From contig NC_092674.1 of NCBI RefSeq assembly GCF_964355755.1, forward strand, positions 5,952,001 through 6,016,000: a stretch of DNA of 64,000 nt, read 5' to 3'. The notes under the pieces were generated by a model. It was given only the letters and a program-made list of their open reading frames with translations. It had not been told where the DNA came from and did not search any database. Source of the stretch: Antedon mediterranea. Lineage: Eukaryota > Animalia > Echinodermata. Below are positions 1-11,230 of the stretch, piece after piece; positions within the stretch are counted from its first letter, which is position 1; each line of letters begins with the position of its first letter. Position numbers and translations under genes: made by a program.

Positions 1-275
1 GATTGAGACAAATTTACTGTGGTGTGCCAACCTACATTGTGTCATACTTACGTCCGAAGGTAAACTTTACTAGCAAATATTTTACATTTGTGTATGCAAC
101 TCGATTTTGTAATAATACAAACTTTCTATAAAGTTTCAAATGTTTTCTCATTTTTGCAGAATTACTCCATCAGAAAATGTAATTATGATTGAAATGATTA
201 AAATTAGAAATCACATTTGATATTAAGATGCAATAAAAAACGTAAATTAATACTAAATCAAACAAGTCATTATAT

Positions 276-2567
276 TTAATTCTTCAAATACTTACTGGCT
301 TGATAAAGCAAACCTACCGAAAGAAATCGATAATATGCAGTAAGAGGGCGGAAAATTATGTTAACTATCTCCATAGTTTTTCCAAACAAAAAATCATTTG
401 TATCGGAAAAACACGTTTTAGAGTCTGGATTAACAACTATATCACCCAACCAGATAGTGGCATTAGTTATCATTACATACTTCAAACAACGATGAATGAT
501 AACTTTAGCGTCATCATCGATGTAACACAATTCGTGGAATTTGTAGAATGACCATTGTTTGTAAATTTAATCCTACTAAGTTTATAATAGTCAATAAAAT
601 TAGACCGACCTGTTTCACACTGCTTTAAATAATTTCAGATTCATTAATTTCCACTGTTTCTATGAGATTCTGAAAATCTGCTATCAATTTGGAAGTTGCA
701 GATGTACCATCGCAGCAGCTCAACACAAATACAGCGATTAGGCAGAAAAGAAGAAGTGATTCGCCTCTGTTTAAGGGTTTACGTAGAGTTATATTAACTA
801 GATGGTACGTTCGCTTCGCTCGCGTACCATCTAGGTCGTGCCCACAGATGGTTCTCGAATACACAGTAATTTCAGGGTAAAAAATTTGGCGATTTCAAAT
901 GCACGTACCGCAGGACTATAATACATGTCGTTTACAGAAACGAATAAGTAGACACGATGATTTATGTAGTCAACTAAAATTAGCACCCTGGGAATTACTT
1001 CCGAAAGAGAAACTTACCACAAAATGAGTCCAAATTGTTTATTCATTTAAAGAAACCCGATTAGGGTTGAGGGATGGGAAAGAGGATAGGTACAAAGAGG
1101 AACAATTTAAATATATTCTTTATCCACGTCAGTAACGAAATATTGTTTTCATTTTTTATAGGCCTATAAATAATATACCACTAACGGTGACTAAATATAG
1201 TAAAACATTTGCGATTTAATACTTTGTTAAAACTGTCACTGTCATAGTCGATTGAAATAGTAAAGTACATGTAACAATACACCACTACGACGTTTATATT
1301 TTTTGTAATTATTAATTAATGCAAACGTTGAGAAGCAACTGCAACAGTAAGAAAGTTTATTTGTATATTACGTGTTTATATATCTAACAGTAGAGCCTAC
1401 CCATAATCACAGTAATAAAGTTTATTTGTATATATTTTTTTACATCTAACAGTATTCACAGTAAGAAATGTTTGTATATATTTTTTTACATCTAACAGTA
1501 TTCAATGTTCGATTCAAATGACGACCAAAAATGGTTAATAGGTATTTGCAGTACTGTATTGTCAAAGTATTGCAAGTTTATTCTCCAAGGGCTCATAAAT
1601 TTACCTACTTGTGTTAAACCAAACTGGCAGACTGAGAGATTGGAATGTTCCATTCATCGCAAATCAATACATTTGTAAGAACGTAAATTAAATCTATCAA
1701 AATAGTATTTTTTAAAGAAAATCGGCCTGTCTTCAACATTATGACGCTGTACTCGAGCAGTTCAACCGGTTTTCAGCTATTAAAAACAATTATCGTAGGA
1801 GGAGATAGGAAAATGCGAAGGGTCCTCGTATTATTGTGTGCGGGTATTTTTCAAGTTGGACATCCATTAGACAGTGTATACCACGATCGGAAAACACCCC
1901 TATTTGGGGCAAATCGTTGAACCTAAATTCGTTTTAATCGTCAATAACTAATTATCTAACTCAATTTAATTAGTAAACAGGGTTACATCAGGTGGTTAAA
2001 ATCAGTACCGAAAGTACGAACCAACTTTATATACCATCGAGTAAAAATTCTAGAAGTAAGACGCGATTTACCGAATTTTGCCCTTACGTAAATTTATATA
2101 TAGATATATACTTTTTAGCAAATACTATAGCAATAATCATGGTAGATTTGTAAATCAACAGAGCAAATACTAGTATGGTACCGAATGTATCATATTGGAT
2201 AAAGGTATACAATTCTGTCATACCTATAATAAAAACAGATAGTAGTAAGATAAATACTGCCAGTTATTGTTAGTATTGTTTGTTGTGCGATGGCTTATTC
2301 TGTCGTGTGGAATAGCGGTCATTTTGTGTGGTGTTCTGCAGCGCTTTCTAACGGGATTTTTGTAAAATTGTTAGCTGTAGGTCTGTACGTACTTCTATTA
2401 TACTCTTTTGAAAATGATTGAAGACTATACTCAAGAATGTACGTATAGGAGTTTGAATTTTATCGTTGCACCATAGACTTATTACATTATTGGTGTTATT
2501 TGACATATTCACTGGCAGACAATCTATTTCTTGGTATTGTTGCCTTTCCATTTCCAAGTGAAGACAT
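276..2567 (-). pseudogene. Otopetrin-like pseudogene (copy A)
   Basis: C-terminal pieces (NATIWL, FRPLTAYYRFLS, ASKYLKN*) at 276-530 and 625-790 lie in different frames. A Helitron sits at 798-2104. The middle piece is at 2105-2540. The start MSSLGNGKAT (ATG at 2567) is fused on after a large internal deletion. Confidence 0.85.
798..2104 (-). mobile_element. Non-autonomous Helitron (~1.3 kb)
   Basis: On the - strand it starts TCTATATATAAATTTACG and ends in a GC-rich hairpin ...GTACCATCTAG. It is inserted between A and T with no TSD. It is the reverse complement of the element at 14600-15315 plus 17872-18466. Confidence 0.8.
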
Positions 2568-3094
2568 TATTATTCTTAGCTCTTAATCTACACTATACAA
2601 CTAACACTGCAATTATTTCCTGTAGTTTGAAACTAGTACAGTACAGTATTGTACATTGAATACAATCCGGCCCAATGTTTTTTTAATGTATAGAGTGTAG
2701 GTATGCCCTGAAGAATGGATATACTAAGGTTATTTCCCAAATTCTTCATTAGATCTATCATTGATTGATTGAATTTTAAGGTTGATTGAATATTCGTCGT
2801 TTCCAATCATACAATAGGCTTACAGTTATTTTGTTTACTCTAAAAAGCTGAAAAACATAATAAAACGTCTGCTTTAAATAGCATTAGTGTTAAAAGATCA
2901 TTCGAAATTTCTACTGCTGTATAAACAAATAACTATTTATACAAGGCATGAACAATGAATGTTCAAAAACAATGTAGGCTACGTGCCTTTGATCTAGATT
3001 TAAAGCTGGTGTGTTTATATGGAACAGGCTATACGTCTTGTACCATTCGGAGTAAAAATGCAATTTTAGCATACAGAATAAATATAAACACATA

Positions 3095-3198
3095 AGTATA
3101 CATGGCTGAAGTCGCGTGCTCAAGTTAGTGTTTACCGACCGACCGACCGATCAACTGACCGACATAGTGAGCTGTAGAGTCGCGTTGCACGCGACTAA
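3095..3198 (-). mobile_element. Short Helentron/DINE-1-like (HINE) derivative
   Basis: Has the same AGTCGCGTGCAACGCGACT end, (GGTC)n microsatellite and GCACGCGACT subterminal repeat as 27773-28372, but is internally deleted. Confidence 0.6.
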
Positions 3199-3388
3199 AT
3201 ATAATAGACTTAAACAAGTTTTGTTTTAGAAAGGCTCCTTAATGATTTTCCGTTTTTTCCAAAATTAAGAAAATATAAACAAGAACTGCTATTTATAATT
3301 ACAATGAATATTGATATTGATTGTTAAAAATAAACATATTTAAACTAAAAAGTGATTATTTAATTGATAAGTTTTACATGTATGTTAG

Positions 3389-5149
3389 TCAATTCTTCAA
3401 AGATTTACTGGCTTGGTACAGCAAATCTACCGAAGTGAATCGATAATACGCGGAAAGAGGGCGGAAAGTGATGTAAACAATATCCATAGTTTTTCCGAAC
3501 ATAAAATAATTTGTATCGAAATAGCATGTTTTAGAGTCAGGAGATACAACTATATTACTCAACCATAAAGTGGCATTGACTATCATTAAATAATTCAAAC
3601 AACGACGAATTATAACTTTAGCGTCATTATCGTTACTCCTAATTCGTCGAATTTTTAGGATGAGTATTGTTTGAAGAGTTGTTTGTACTAAGCTAATAAC
3701 TGCTAGTAAAATGAGACCGACTTGTCTTGCTATGCTTTGATTAATTTGAAATTCATTGATTTCCACCGTCTCCGCCGTTAGATTTTGGAAATCTGCTATC
3801 AATTTGCCAGTTGCAGAAACACCGCCACAGCAACTCAACACATATACACCGATTAGGCAGAAGAGAAGAAGTGATTCGCTTCTGCTTAAGGACTTAGGAC
3901 TAGACAATTGTTGAATTTTGTTAAAGCACATTTTGGCCAGTACTACAGCAATAATCATTGTAGATTTGTAAATTAAAAGAGTAAATACTTGTATGGTACC
4001 AAATATATCATATTGGATAAAGGTATACAATTCTGTCATACCTATAATAAAAACCGATGGTAGTAAAATAAATACTGCCAGTGCCATCCATTGGCAGCAG
4101 TTATAGTTAGTATTGCTTTCTGTGCGTTCTTCTGGCATAGCGGTTCTCGTGCTTGTCCTGCAGCGCCTTCTAACCTGATCTCTGTAGTCGTGACTGGAGG
4201 CTGTAGTTTCGTACGTACTTCTTACCATCCTTGTGCGTGTGGCTGTATTTCTGTCTTTGGGGTGCAAACTCATCCAATAGTGCAGCAGAATACTCGCACC
4301 CACAATATTATACTCTTTCGAAAATGGTTGAAGACTGCTCAAGAATGTACGTAGAGGAGTTTGAATTAGATCGTAGCACAGTAAGACCTTATCGTTCTTA
4401 TTTGACATATTTACTGGCTGTAAATCAATCAGTGGCCAATGCAGTTCCTGATATTCAGCCAGCATACCGCTTACAGCATAACTTTCTTTTCCGATACTAT
4501 CCACCCAGTTCATAATATTTGAAGACATCGTAAAGATAAATGCATATTGGAAAAAGGAGTAGTTTCTGAAAGAGGCGCCTTTAAAATATCTGAAGAATGC
4601 TACTTGAACGCAAGTGAAGAACACTTGGAAACAGTTGTGCATTATTAACACACCCTGTCGATATTTTTCTATTCCTCTAGTTAGTAGAGAAACACACATT
4701 CCAATGAGTACAATGTACGTTACTGATAGAATGATGTTCAATGTACCAAAGACATAAACGCCAACAAGAGGTTCAGAGACGTTTTTTGACTTTATCTCTC
4801 CTGGTGAAAAATCCTGTAAAAGGAGTAGTTGACGTTCATGATGACAAAACAACTGTCTTATAGGACATCTAATGAGGTCAAGCTCTTGCCATGATCTCCT
4901 CTTTCGCAGAATGTACATCATTATTAGTATGGAAATCGAATGGTTAATGATACCAATCCAATCCAAAATGTCCCCATGCACAACATAGCGTCCACTACTG
5001 TAGAAAGCAAACATCAAAGCAGTGTAAAGTGAAATTATGAAGATAAAAATCATCATTGATGATATACGGCCATCCTCAACGAAACTTCTTGTATCACAGG
5101 TTGTTCTTTCATCTCCTGATTTTTCCGTTCCATCCATATACGAAGACAT
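3389..5149 (-). CDS. Otopetrin-like 12-TM protein (copy B), intronless, 586 aa
   Basis: OTOP motifs: VYVFG (TM3), FTCVQ (TM4), SNIMNW..KES (TM5), QPFSKEYN..HYW (TM6), VQTTLQT (TM10), NATLW (TM11), PLSAYYRF (TM12). Confidence 0.85.
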   Translation of the reverse strand: MSSYMDGTEKSGDERTTCDTRSFVEDGRISSMMIFIFIISLYTALMFAFYSSGRYVVHGDILDWIGIINHSISILIMMYILRKRRSWQELDLIRCPIRQLFCHHERQLLLLQDFSPGEIKSKNVSEPLVGVYVFGTLNIILSVTYIVLIGMCVSLLTRGIEKYRQGVLIMHNCFQVFFTCVQVAFFRYFKGASFRNYSFFQYAFIFTMSSNIMNWVDSIGKESYAVSGMLAEYQELHWPLIDLQPVNMSNKNDKVLLCYDLIQTPLRTFLSSLQPFSKEYNIVGASILLHYWMSLHPKDRNTATRTRMVRSTYETTASSHDYRDQVRRRCRTSTRTAMPEERTESNTNYNCCQWMALAVFILLPSVFIIGMTELYTFIQYDIFGTIQVFTLLIYKSTMIIAVVLAKMCFNKIQQLSSPKSLSRSESLLLFCLIGVYVLSCCGGVSATGKLIADFQNLTAETVEINEFQINQSIARQVGLILLAVISLVQTTLQTILILKIRRIRSNDNDAKVIIRRCLNYLMIVNATLWLSNIVVSPDSKTCYFDTNYFMFGKTMDIVYITFRPLSAYYRFTSVDLLYQASKSLKN

Positions 5150-5966
5150 TTTGAACTTCTTAATTTCTTGTAATTTTTTCGTCAGTCAGATGAAGAAATA
5201 TTAACTTATAACTGTTTTTGTACAAACGGATGATTGTTGTATGTTGCTGTTCTGTCCACCAAAGTCATATCTTCTACCTCTTATTCAACACTTTTTCATG
5301 TTTCCATTTTCTGTTACCTTTTTCATTCTCAATACACAATTGCTTAGCTCTACACCATACACGACGGATGCTCATTTGTATAGGGCGCCATATGCAGCAA
5401 AGGTAAATGTGTGTCAAACCCGGTTGTTAAACACAAGTGCTGTACACGAGGAATCCAGTATTTTTTTAATTATAGAGAAGTAATGTGTGGTCTTATGTCA
5501 CTCATAAAGCTAAAAAATAACTGAATTTTAATATCATTCTTATCTAGCATTGTTAACAACAGAAACTTTTTAACTTTCCGTTTCAGTTTTCATTAATTAG
5601 TTTTCTGATTAAAAAGTTAATCAGATTTGAATGCTTTTTATTAGAAATATTGCAGGTCAAAGGTCAACATTGATGAATTATATAATACAGTATATGTAAT
5701 GTATGTTATGTAATTTATATATAATTTAAATGTTTGACAGAAAAATTGCGTTTACCAACGATGGATACATCTTAGAACAGAAGTAAGTATAGAAAAGAAG
5801 TCAGGCTCTGATTGGTCAGTTATTGATTACGTTACGTAATGAACCGCCAAAAAAAATTAAGAAATGTTCTTTATAATTACAATGAGCATTGCTATTGGTT
5901 AATTAAAACTGAAAATATGAATATATTTAACTAAATACGTATTATTCTAAAGTCTTACATAGGTTA

Positions 5967-7973
5967 TCAATTCTTCAACAATTTACTGGCTTGGTACAGC
6001 AAATCTACCGAAAGGAATCGATAATATGCAGCAAGAGGGCGGAAAATTGTGTTAACAATCTCCATTGTGTCTCCGAACATAAAATCATTTGTGTCTGAAA
6101 AACTCGTTTTAGAATCTGGAGAAACAACTATATTACTCAGCCACAGAGTGGCATTAACTATTATTAAATAATTCAAACAATGACGAATGATAACTTTTGC
6201 GTCATGATCAATACTCTCAACTCTACGAATTTTCAGGATGAGTGTTGTTTGCAGACTGGATTGTACTAAGTTTATAACTGTCACTATAATGATACCGACT
6301 TGCCTCGCCGTGCCAGATGCATCGTTTTCAACCGTCTCTGTGAGATTCTGAAAATCTGCTACTAAAGTGCACGTTCCAGAAACACCATCGCAGAAGGTTA
6401 AAACAAATAAACTGAATAAGCAAAACAAAAATAGTGTTTCACTTCTGTTTAGCGATTTACATATTTCTTGCCGATTTCTAAGGTACTTTTTGGCAAATAC
6501 TATAGCAATGACCGTTGTAGATTTGTAAATTAATAGAGAAAATATTTGTATTGTACTAAAAATGTTACTTTGGATAAAAGTATAAACTTCTCTCATACAG
6601 AATAAAAATGCAGATGGCAATAATACAAAAAATACCAATACTATCCATTGGTGGATGTTATAGTTATCTTTGCTTGGTGTGCAATGCTCGGTGTGCAGTG
6701 ACTGCACTGTCTGGTTTACTCTATCGACTGGATTTGCGTGTAGTGCTTGGTTACCTGTAGAGTGGCAGCGCCTTCTAACGTGATGTCTGTTGTCGTAATT
6801 AAGGCCAATGTTCCCGTATGTACTTCCCACCATCCTTGTTGTATACGGAGCTGTATTTCTGTTATTCGTATGCAAACTCATCCAATAATGTAAAAGAATG
6901 CTTACACCCACAATATTATACTCTTTTGAAAATGGTTGAAGAGTGCTCAATAAAGTGCGTAGAGGAGTTTGAATTGGATTGTAGCACAACAAGACCTTAT
7001 TTTCTGAGATATTTACTGGCTGTAAATCAATCAGTGGCCAATCCATTTCTTGATATTCAGCTGGTATTCCATTTACTGAATAACTTTCTTTTCCGACACT
7101 ATCTATCCAGCTGATAATATTCGAAGACATCGTAAAGATGAATGCATATTGGAAAAAGGAGCAGTTCTTGAAGGAGGCGCCTTTGAACAATCTGAAGAAC
7201 GTTATCTGAACACAGGTCAAAAGCACTTGTAAACAATTGTATATTATATACACACTCTGTCGATATTTGTCTATGCTTCTGGCCAGTAAAGGAACACACA
7301 TTCCAAAAAGTACAATATACGTCACCGATAGAACAATACTCAAAGCACCAAAGACATAAACGCCGACAAGAGGTTCAGAGACGTCTTCGGGCTTAACCTC
7401 ACCTGATGGCGGACAATCTTCTAAAAGGAGTGGTTGACGTTCATCACTAACTAACGACTGTCTTCGAAGACATCTAATGAAGTCAAGCTGTTGCCACGAT
7501 CCCTTTTTTCGCAGAATGTACATCATTATTATTATTGAAAATGAGTGAACAATGATAACAATCCAATCCAAAATGTCCTCATGCACAACACAACGTCCGC
7601 TACTATAGTAAGCAATCAAAAACGAAATGTAAAAGGAAATTATGCAGAAAAACACAATTATTGATGATAAACGGCCATCTTGGACAAAACTACTTGCATT
7701 ACAATAAGTCCTTTCGTCGCTCGATTTTTCTGTTTCATCCCCACACGAAGATCCTATCACCATATTTTGAGGTTGATCTCTTTCCGCACCTGTTGCCATT
7801 TCATTTTCAAAACAAAACATGCCTTCTGGTTCTCTTTCCCCACCAGACCAGTCGCCTGTTGCTGGTTCATCCTCGGAAGACGTATTACATTCTAGTTCTT
7901 CTTCTTCCACACTATTCAGGTGTTGATTTAAGTTTCCATTTTCTGTTACCCTTCCATTCCTATGTGAAGACAT
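5967..7973 (-). CDS. Otopetrin-like 12-TM protein (copy C), intronless, 668 aa
   Basis: Uninterrupted ORF with the same OTOP motifs and a long acidic N-terminus. Confidence 0.88.
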   Translation of the reverse strand: MSSHRNGRVTENGNLNQHLNSVEEEELECNTSSEDEPATGDWSGGEREPEGMFCFENEMATGAERDQPQNMVIGSSCGDETEKSSDERTYCNASSFVQDGRLSSIIVFFCIISFYISFLIAYYSSGRCVVHEDILDWIVIIVHSFSIIIMMYILRKKGSWQQLDFIRCLRRQSLVSDERQPLLLEDCPPSGEVKPEDVSEPLVGVYVFGALSIVLSVTYIVLFGMCVPLLARSIDKYRQSVYIIYNCLQVLLTCVQITFFRLFKGASFKNCSFFQYAFIFTMSSNIISWIDSVGKESYSVNGIPAEYQEMDWPLIDLQPVNISENKVLLCYNPIQTPLRTLLSTLQPFSKEYNIVGVSILLHYWMSLHTNNRNTAPYTTRMVGSTYGNIGLNYDNRHHVRRRCHSTGNQALHANPVDRVNQTVQSLHTEHCTPSKDNYNIHQWIVLVFFVLLPSAFLFCMREVYTFIQSNIFSTIQIFSLLIYKSTTVIAIVFAKKYLRNRQEICKSLNRSETLFLFCLFSLFVLTFCDGVSGTCTLVADFQNLTETVENDASGTARQVGIIIVTVINLVQSSLQTTLILKIRRVESIDHDAKVIIRHCLNYLIIVNATLWLSNIVVSPDSKTSFSDTNDFMFGDTMEIVNTIFRPLAAYYRFLSVDLLYQASKLLKN

Positions 7974-8555
7974 TTTCTTGTCTACACCGATATACAGCTA
8001 TACCAGTTAGCAATCGTCGTCTGTTTTCAAATACCAAGTACACTTATACATATTTGTATAAAGGTCCGGTTCGCTATTATGTACTAAATGTCAGGTATAC
8101 TAAGCTTATTTCCCTATTTTATTGTTAGGTCCTTTATTGATTGTTTGAATATTACTTTTGATCGAATTGTATTTCCTTTATGGTTCGTGTGACAAAGCCT
8201 AAAAAGTTGGCAAATATTGGCGACACGTACTATTATTTTTTATTCTTGAACTTCCGCCATTTCTTTTTCAGAAGATGAATTTAGTCTAGCTCATTTCAAG
8301 CTTGATCGAATGTGTTTACACCAGACTAGCATTATTCATTTACCGGTATAGGCCTAATTCGTTAATGAAATCCTTTGTAAATGTAAATCTGTGGAATAAC
8401 CTGTGTCTCTGAATTGCGCACAGGTGTGGACGATGTACACAACCATATCCATGTCGACGTACAGTTGCCATTTTTACAGATTACATAGAAAGCACAGTTA
8501 AGTTGATACTTAAATAGATTCAATGAGTCTTACATTACTTACTAACAAAGGTTAG

Positions 8556-10520
8556 TCAATTCTTCAAAGATTTACTGACTTGATACAGCAAATTTACTGA
8601 AGTGAATCGATAATATGCAGCAAGCGGATAGAATAATATGTTAACAATAGCCATAGCATCTCCAAACACAAAATAATTTGTATCCGAAAAAAACGTTTTA
8701 GAGTCCGGATTCACAACTATAGTACTTAACCAGATAGTGGCATTGGTTATCATTAAATAATTCAAACAACGACGAATAATATTAGTGTCCTTATCGATAC
8801 CCTTAATTCGTCTAAGTTTTAGGATGAATATCGTTTGCAGACTTGATTGTACAAAGTTTACAACTGTCAATAAAATTAGACCAACTTGTCTTGCTATGCT
8901 TTGATTAATTTTATATTCATTAATTTCCACCTTCTCCGCTGTTAGATTTTGGAAATCTGCTATCAATTTGCCAGTTGCAGATATACCATCACAGCAACTT
9001 AACACAAATACACCGATTAGACAGAAGAGAAGAAGATGTTCGCTTCTGTTTAGACAGTTTAGGAATTGTCGGTTGTTAAGGTATTTTTTGCAAAGTACTA
9101 TAGCAATTATCATTGAAGATTTGTAAATTAAAAGAGTAAATATCTGAATGGTACCAAATATATCATATTGGATAAAGGTATACAATTCTGTCATACCTAT
9201 AATAAATACAGATGGTAGTAAAATAAATACTGCCAATGCTATCCATTGACAGAAGTTATAGTTAGTATTGTTTGCTGAGCGTTCTTCTGGCATAGCAGAG
9301 CTCGTGCTTCTGCAGCGCCGTCTAGCGTGATCTCTGTTGTCGTAATTAGTGGTTGTAGTTCCGTATGTACTTCCTACCATCCTTGTGCGTGTGGCTGTAT
9401 TTCTGTCTTTCGGATGCAAACTCATCCAATAGTGTAGCAGAATACTCGCACCCACAATATTATACTCTTTCGAAAATGGTTGAAGACTGCTCAAGAATGT
9501 ACGTAGAGGAGTTTGAATTTGATCGTAGCACAGTAAGACCTTATCGTTCTTATTTGACATATTTACTCGCTGTAAATCAATCAGTGGCCAATCCAGTTCC
9601 TGATATTCAGCCAGCATACCGCTTGCAGCAGAACTTTCTTTTCCGACACTATCAACCCAGCTCACAATATTCGAAGACATCGTAAAGATAAATGCATATT
9701 GAAAAAAAGAGCAGTTCTTGAAAGAGGCGCCTTTAAAATATCTGAAGAATGCTACTTGAACGCAAGTGAAAAACACATGCGAGAAATTGTGTATTATAAA
9801 CACACCCTGTCGATATTTATCTATACCTCTAGATAGTAAAGGGACACACATTCCAAAAAGTATAATATACGTTATTGATAGAATGATGTTCAAGGTACCA
9901 AAGACATAAACGCCGACAAGAGGTTCAGAGACGTTTTGAGACTCTATCTCTCTTGGAGGAAGATCTTCTAAAAGGAGTGGTTGACGTTCATCACTAGGTA
10001 GCGGCTGTCTTATAGGACATCTAATCAAGTCAAGTTCTTTCCATGATCTCTTTTTTCGCAAAATGTACATCATTATTATTATGGAAATCGAATGGATAAT
10101 GATAATAATCCAATCCAAAATGTCCCCGTGAATGTTATAGCGTCCGCTACTATAGTAAGCAAACAGCAAAGCAGTGTACAATGAAATTATGCAGAAAAGC
10201 ACAATTATTGACGATAAACGGCCATCTTGGACAAAACTGCTCGTATTTCTATAAGTTCTTTCGTCGCTCGATTTTTCTGTTTCATCCCCACAGGAAGATC
10301 CTATCACCATATTTTGAGGTTGATCTCTTTCCGCACCTGTTGCCATTTCATTTTCAAAACAAAACATGCCTTCTGGTTCTCTTTCCCCACCAGACCAGTC
10401 GCCTGTTGCTGGTTTATCCTCGGAAGACGTATTATATTCTAGTTCATCTTCTTCCACACTATTCAGGTGTTGATTTATGTTTCCATTTTCTGTTACCCTT
10501 CCATTCCTATGTGAAGACAT
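8556..10520 (-). CDS. Otopetrin-like 12-TM protein (copy D), intronless, 654 aa
   Basis: Uninterrupted ORF with OTOP motifs. The N-terminus is nearly identical to copy C. Confidence 0.88.
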   Translation of the reverse strand: MSSHRNGRVTENGNINQHLNSVEEDELEYNTSSEDKPATGDWSGGEREPEGMFCFENEMATGAERDQPQNMVIGSSCGDETEKSSDERTYRNTSSFVQDGRLSSIIVLFCIISLYTALLFAYYSSGRYNIHGDILDWIIIIIHSISIIIMMYILRKKRSWKELDLIRCPIRQPLPSDERQPLLLEDLPPREIESQNVSEPLVGVYVFGTLNIILSITYIILFGMCVPLLSRGIDKYRQGVFIIHNFSHVFFTCVQVAFFRYFKGASFKNCSFFQYAFIFTMSSNIVSWVDSVGKESSAASGMLAEYQELDWPLIDLQRVNMSNKNDKVLLCYDQIQTPLRTFLSSLQPFSKEYNIVGASILLHYWMSLHPKDRNTATRTRMVGSTYGTTTTNYDNRDHARRRCRSTSSAMPEERSANNTNYNFCQWIALAVFILLPSVFIIGMTELYTFIQYDIFGTIQIFTLLIYKSSMIIAIVLCKKYLNNRQFLNCLNRSEHLLLFCLIGVFVLSCCDGISATGKLIADFQNLTAEKVEINEYKINQSIARQVGLILLTVVNFVQSSLQTIFILKLRRIKGIDKDTNIIRRCLNYLMITNATIWLSTIVVNPDSKTFFSDTNYFVFGDAMAIVNILFYPLAAYYRFTSVNLLYQVSKSLKN

Positions 10521-10840
10521 TTTCTTGTCTACACCGATATACAGCTATACCAGTTAGCAATCGTCGTCTGTTTTTAAATACCAAGTACACTTATACATAT
10601 TTGTATACAGGTCCGGTTCGCTATTATGTACTAAATGTTACGTATACTAAGGGTATTTCCCTATTTTATTGTTAGGTTCTTTATTGATTGTTTGAATGTT
10701 ACAATTGATCGAATTGTATTTCCTTCATGCTACCGCGATATTCGTGTGACATAGCCTAAAAAGTTAGTAAATATTTTTTATCCTTGAACTTCCGCCATTT
10801 CATTTTCAGAAGAAGAATTTAGTCTAGCTCATTTCAAGCG

Positions 10841-11230
10841 AGATCTTCTAAAAGGAGTGATTGACGTTCATTACTAGATAGCTGTCTTATCGGACATCTA
10901 ATGAGGTCAAGCTCTTGTCATGATCTTCTCTTTCGCAGAATGTTCATCATTATTATCATGGAAATCGAATGGACAATGAAAACAATCCAATCCAAAATGT
11001 CCCTGTGAATATTATAGCGTCCGCTACTATAGTAAGCAAACAGCAAAGCAGTGTAAAATAAAATTATGCAGAAAAACACAATCATTGACGATATACGGCC
11101 ATCTTGGATGAAACTGCTTGTACCATTAGGAATATTTTGACCTTCCGACTTTCCATCCACACACACACATATTTTGAAGTTCTAATTTTATCTCTGCATT
11201 TGATGTCATTGCATTGTAAGAACAAGACAT
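10841..11230 (-). pseudogene. Otopetrin-like 5' fragment (copy E)
   Basis: MSCSYNAMTS-type start like copies H and J. Frameshift in the TGTG run near 11165, TGG>TGA at 10918-10920, and truncated after the TM2-TM3 loop. Confidence 0.8.

Noticed and set aside
10918-10920. TGA at a Trp position in copy E as programmed readthrough by the neighbouring tRNA-Trp array
   Set aside because: All tRNAs have CCA anticodons, and copy E is also frameshifted and truncated.
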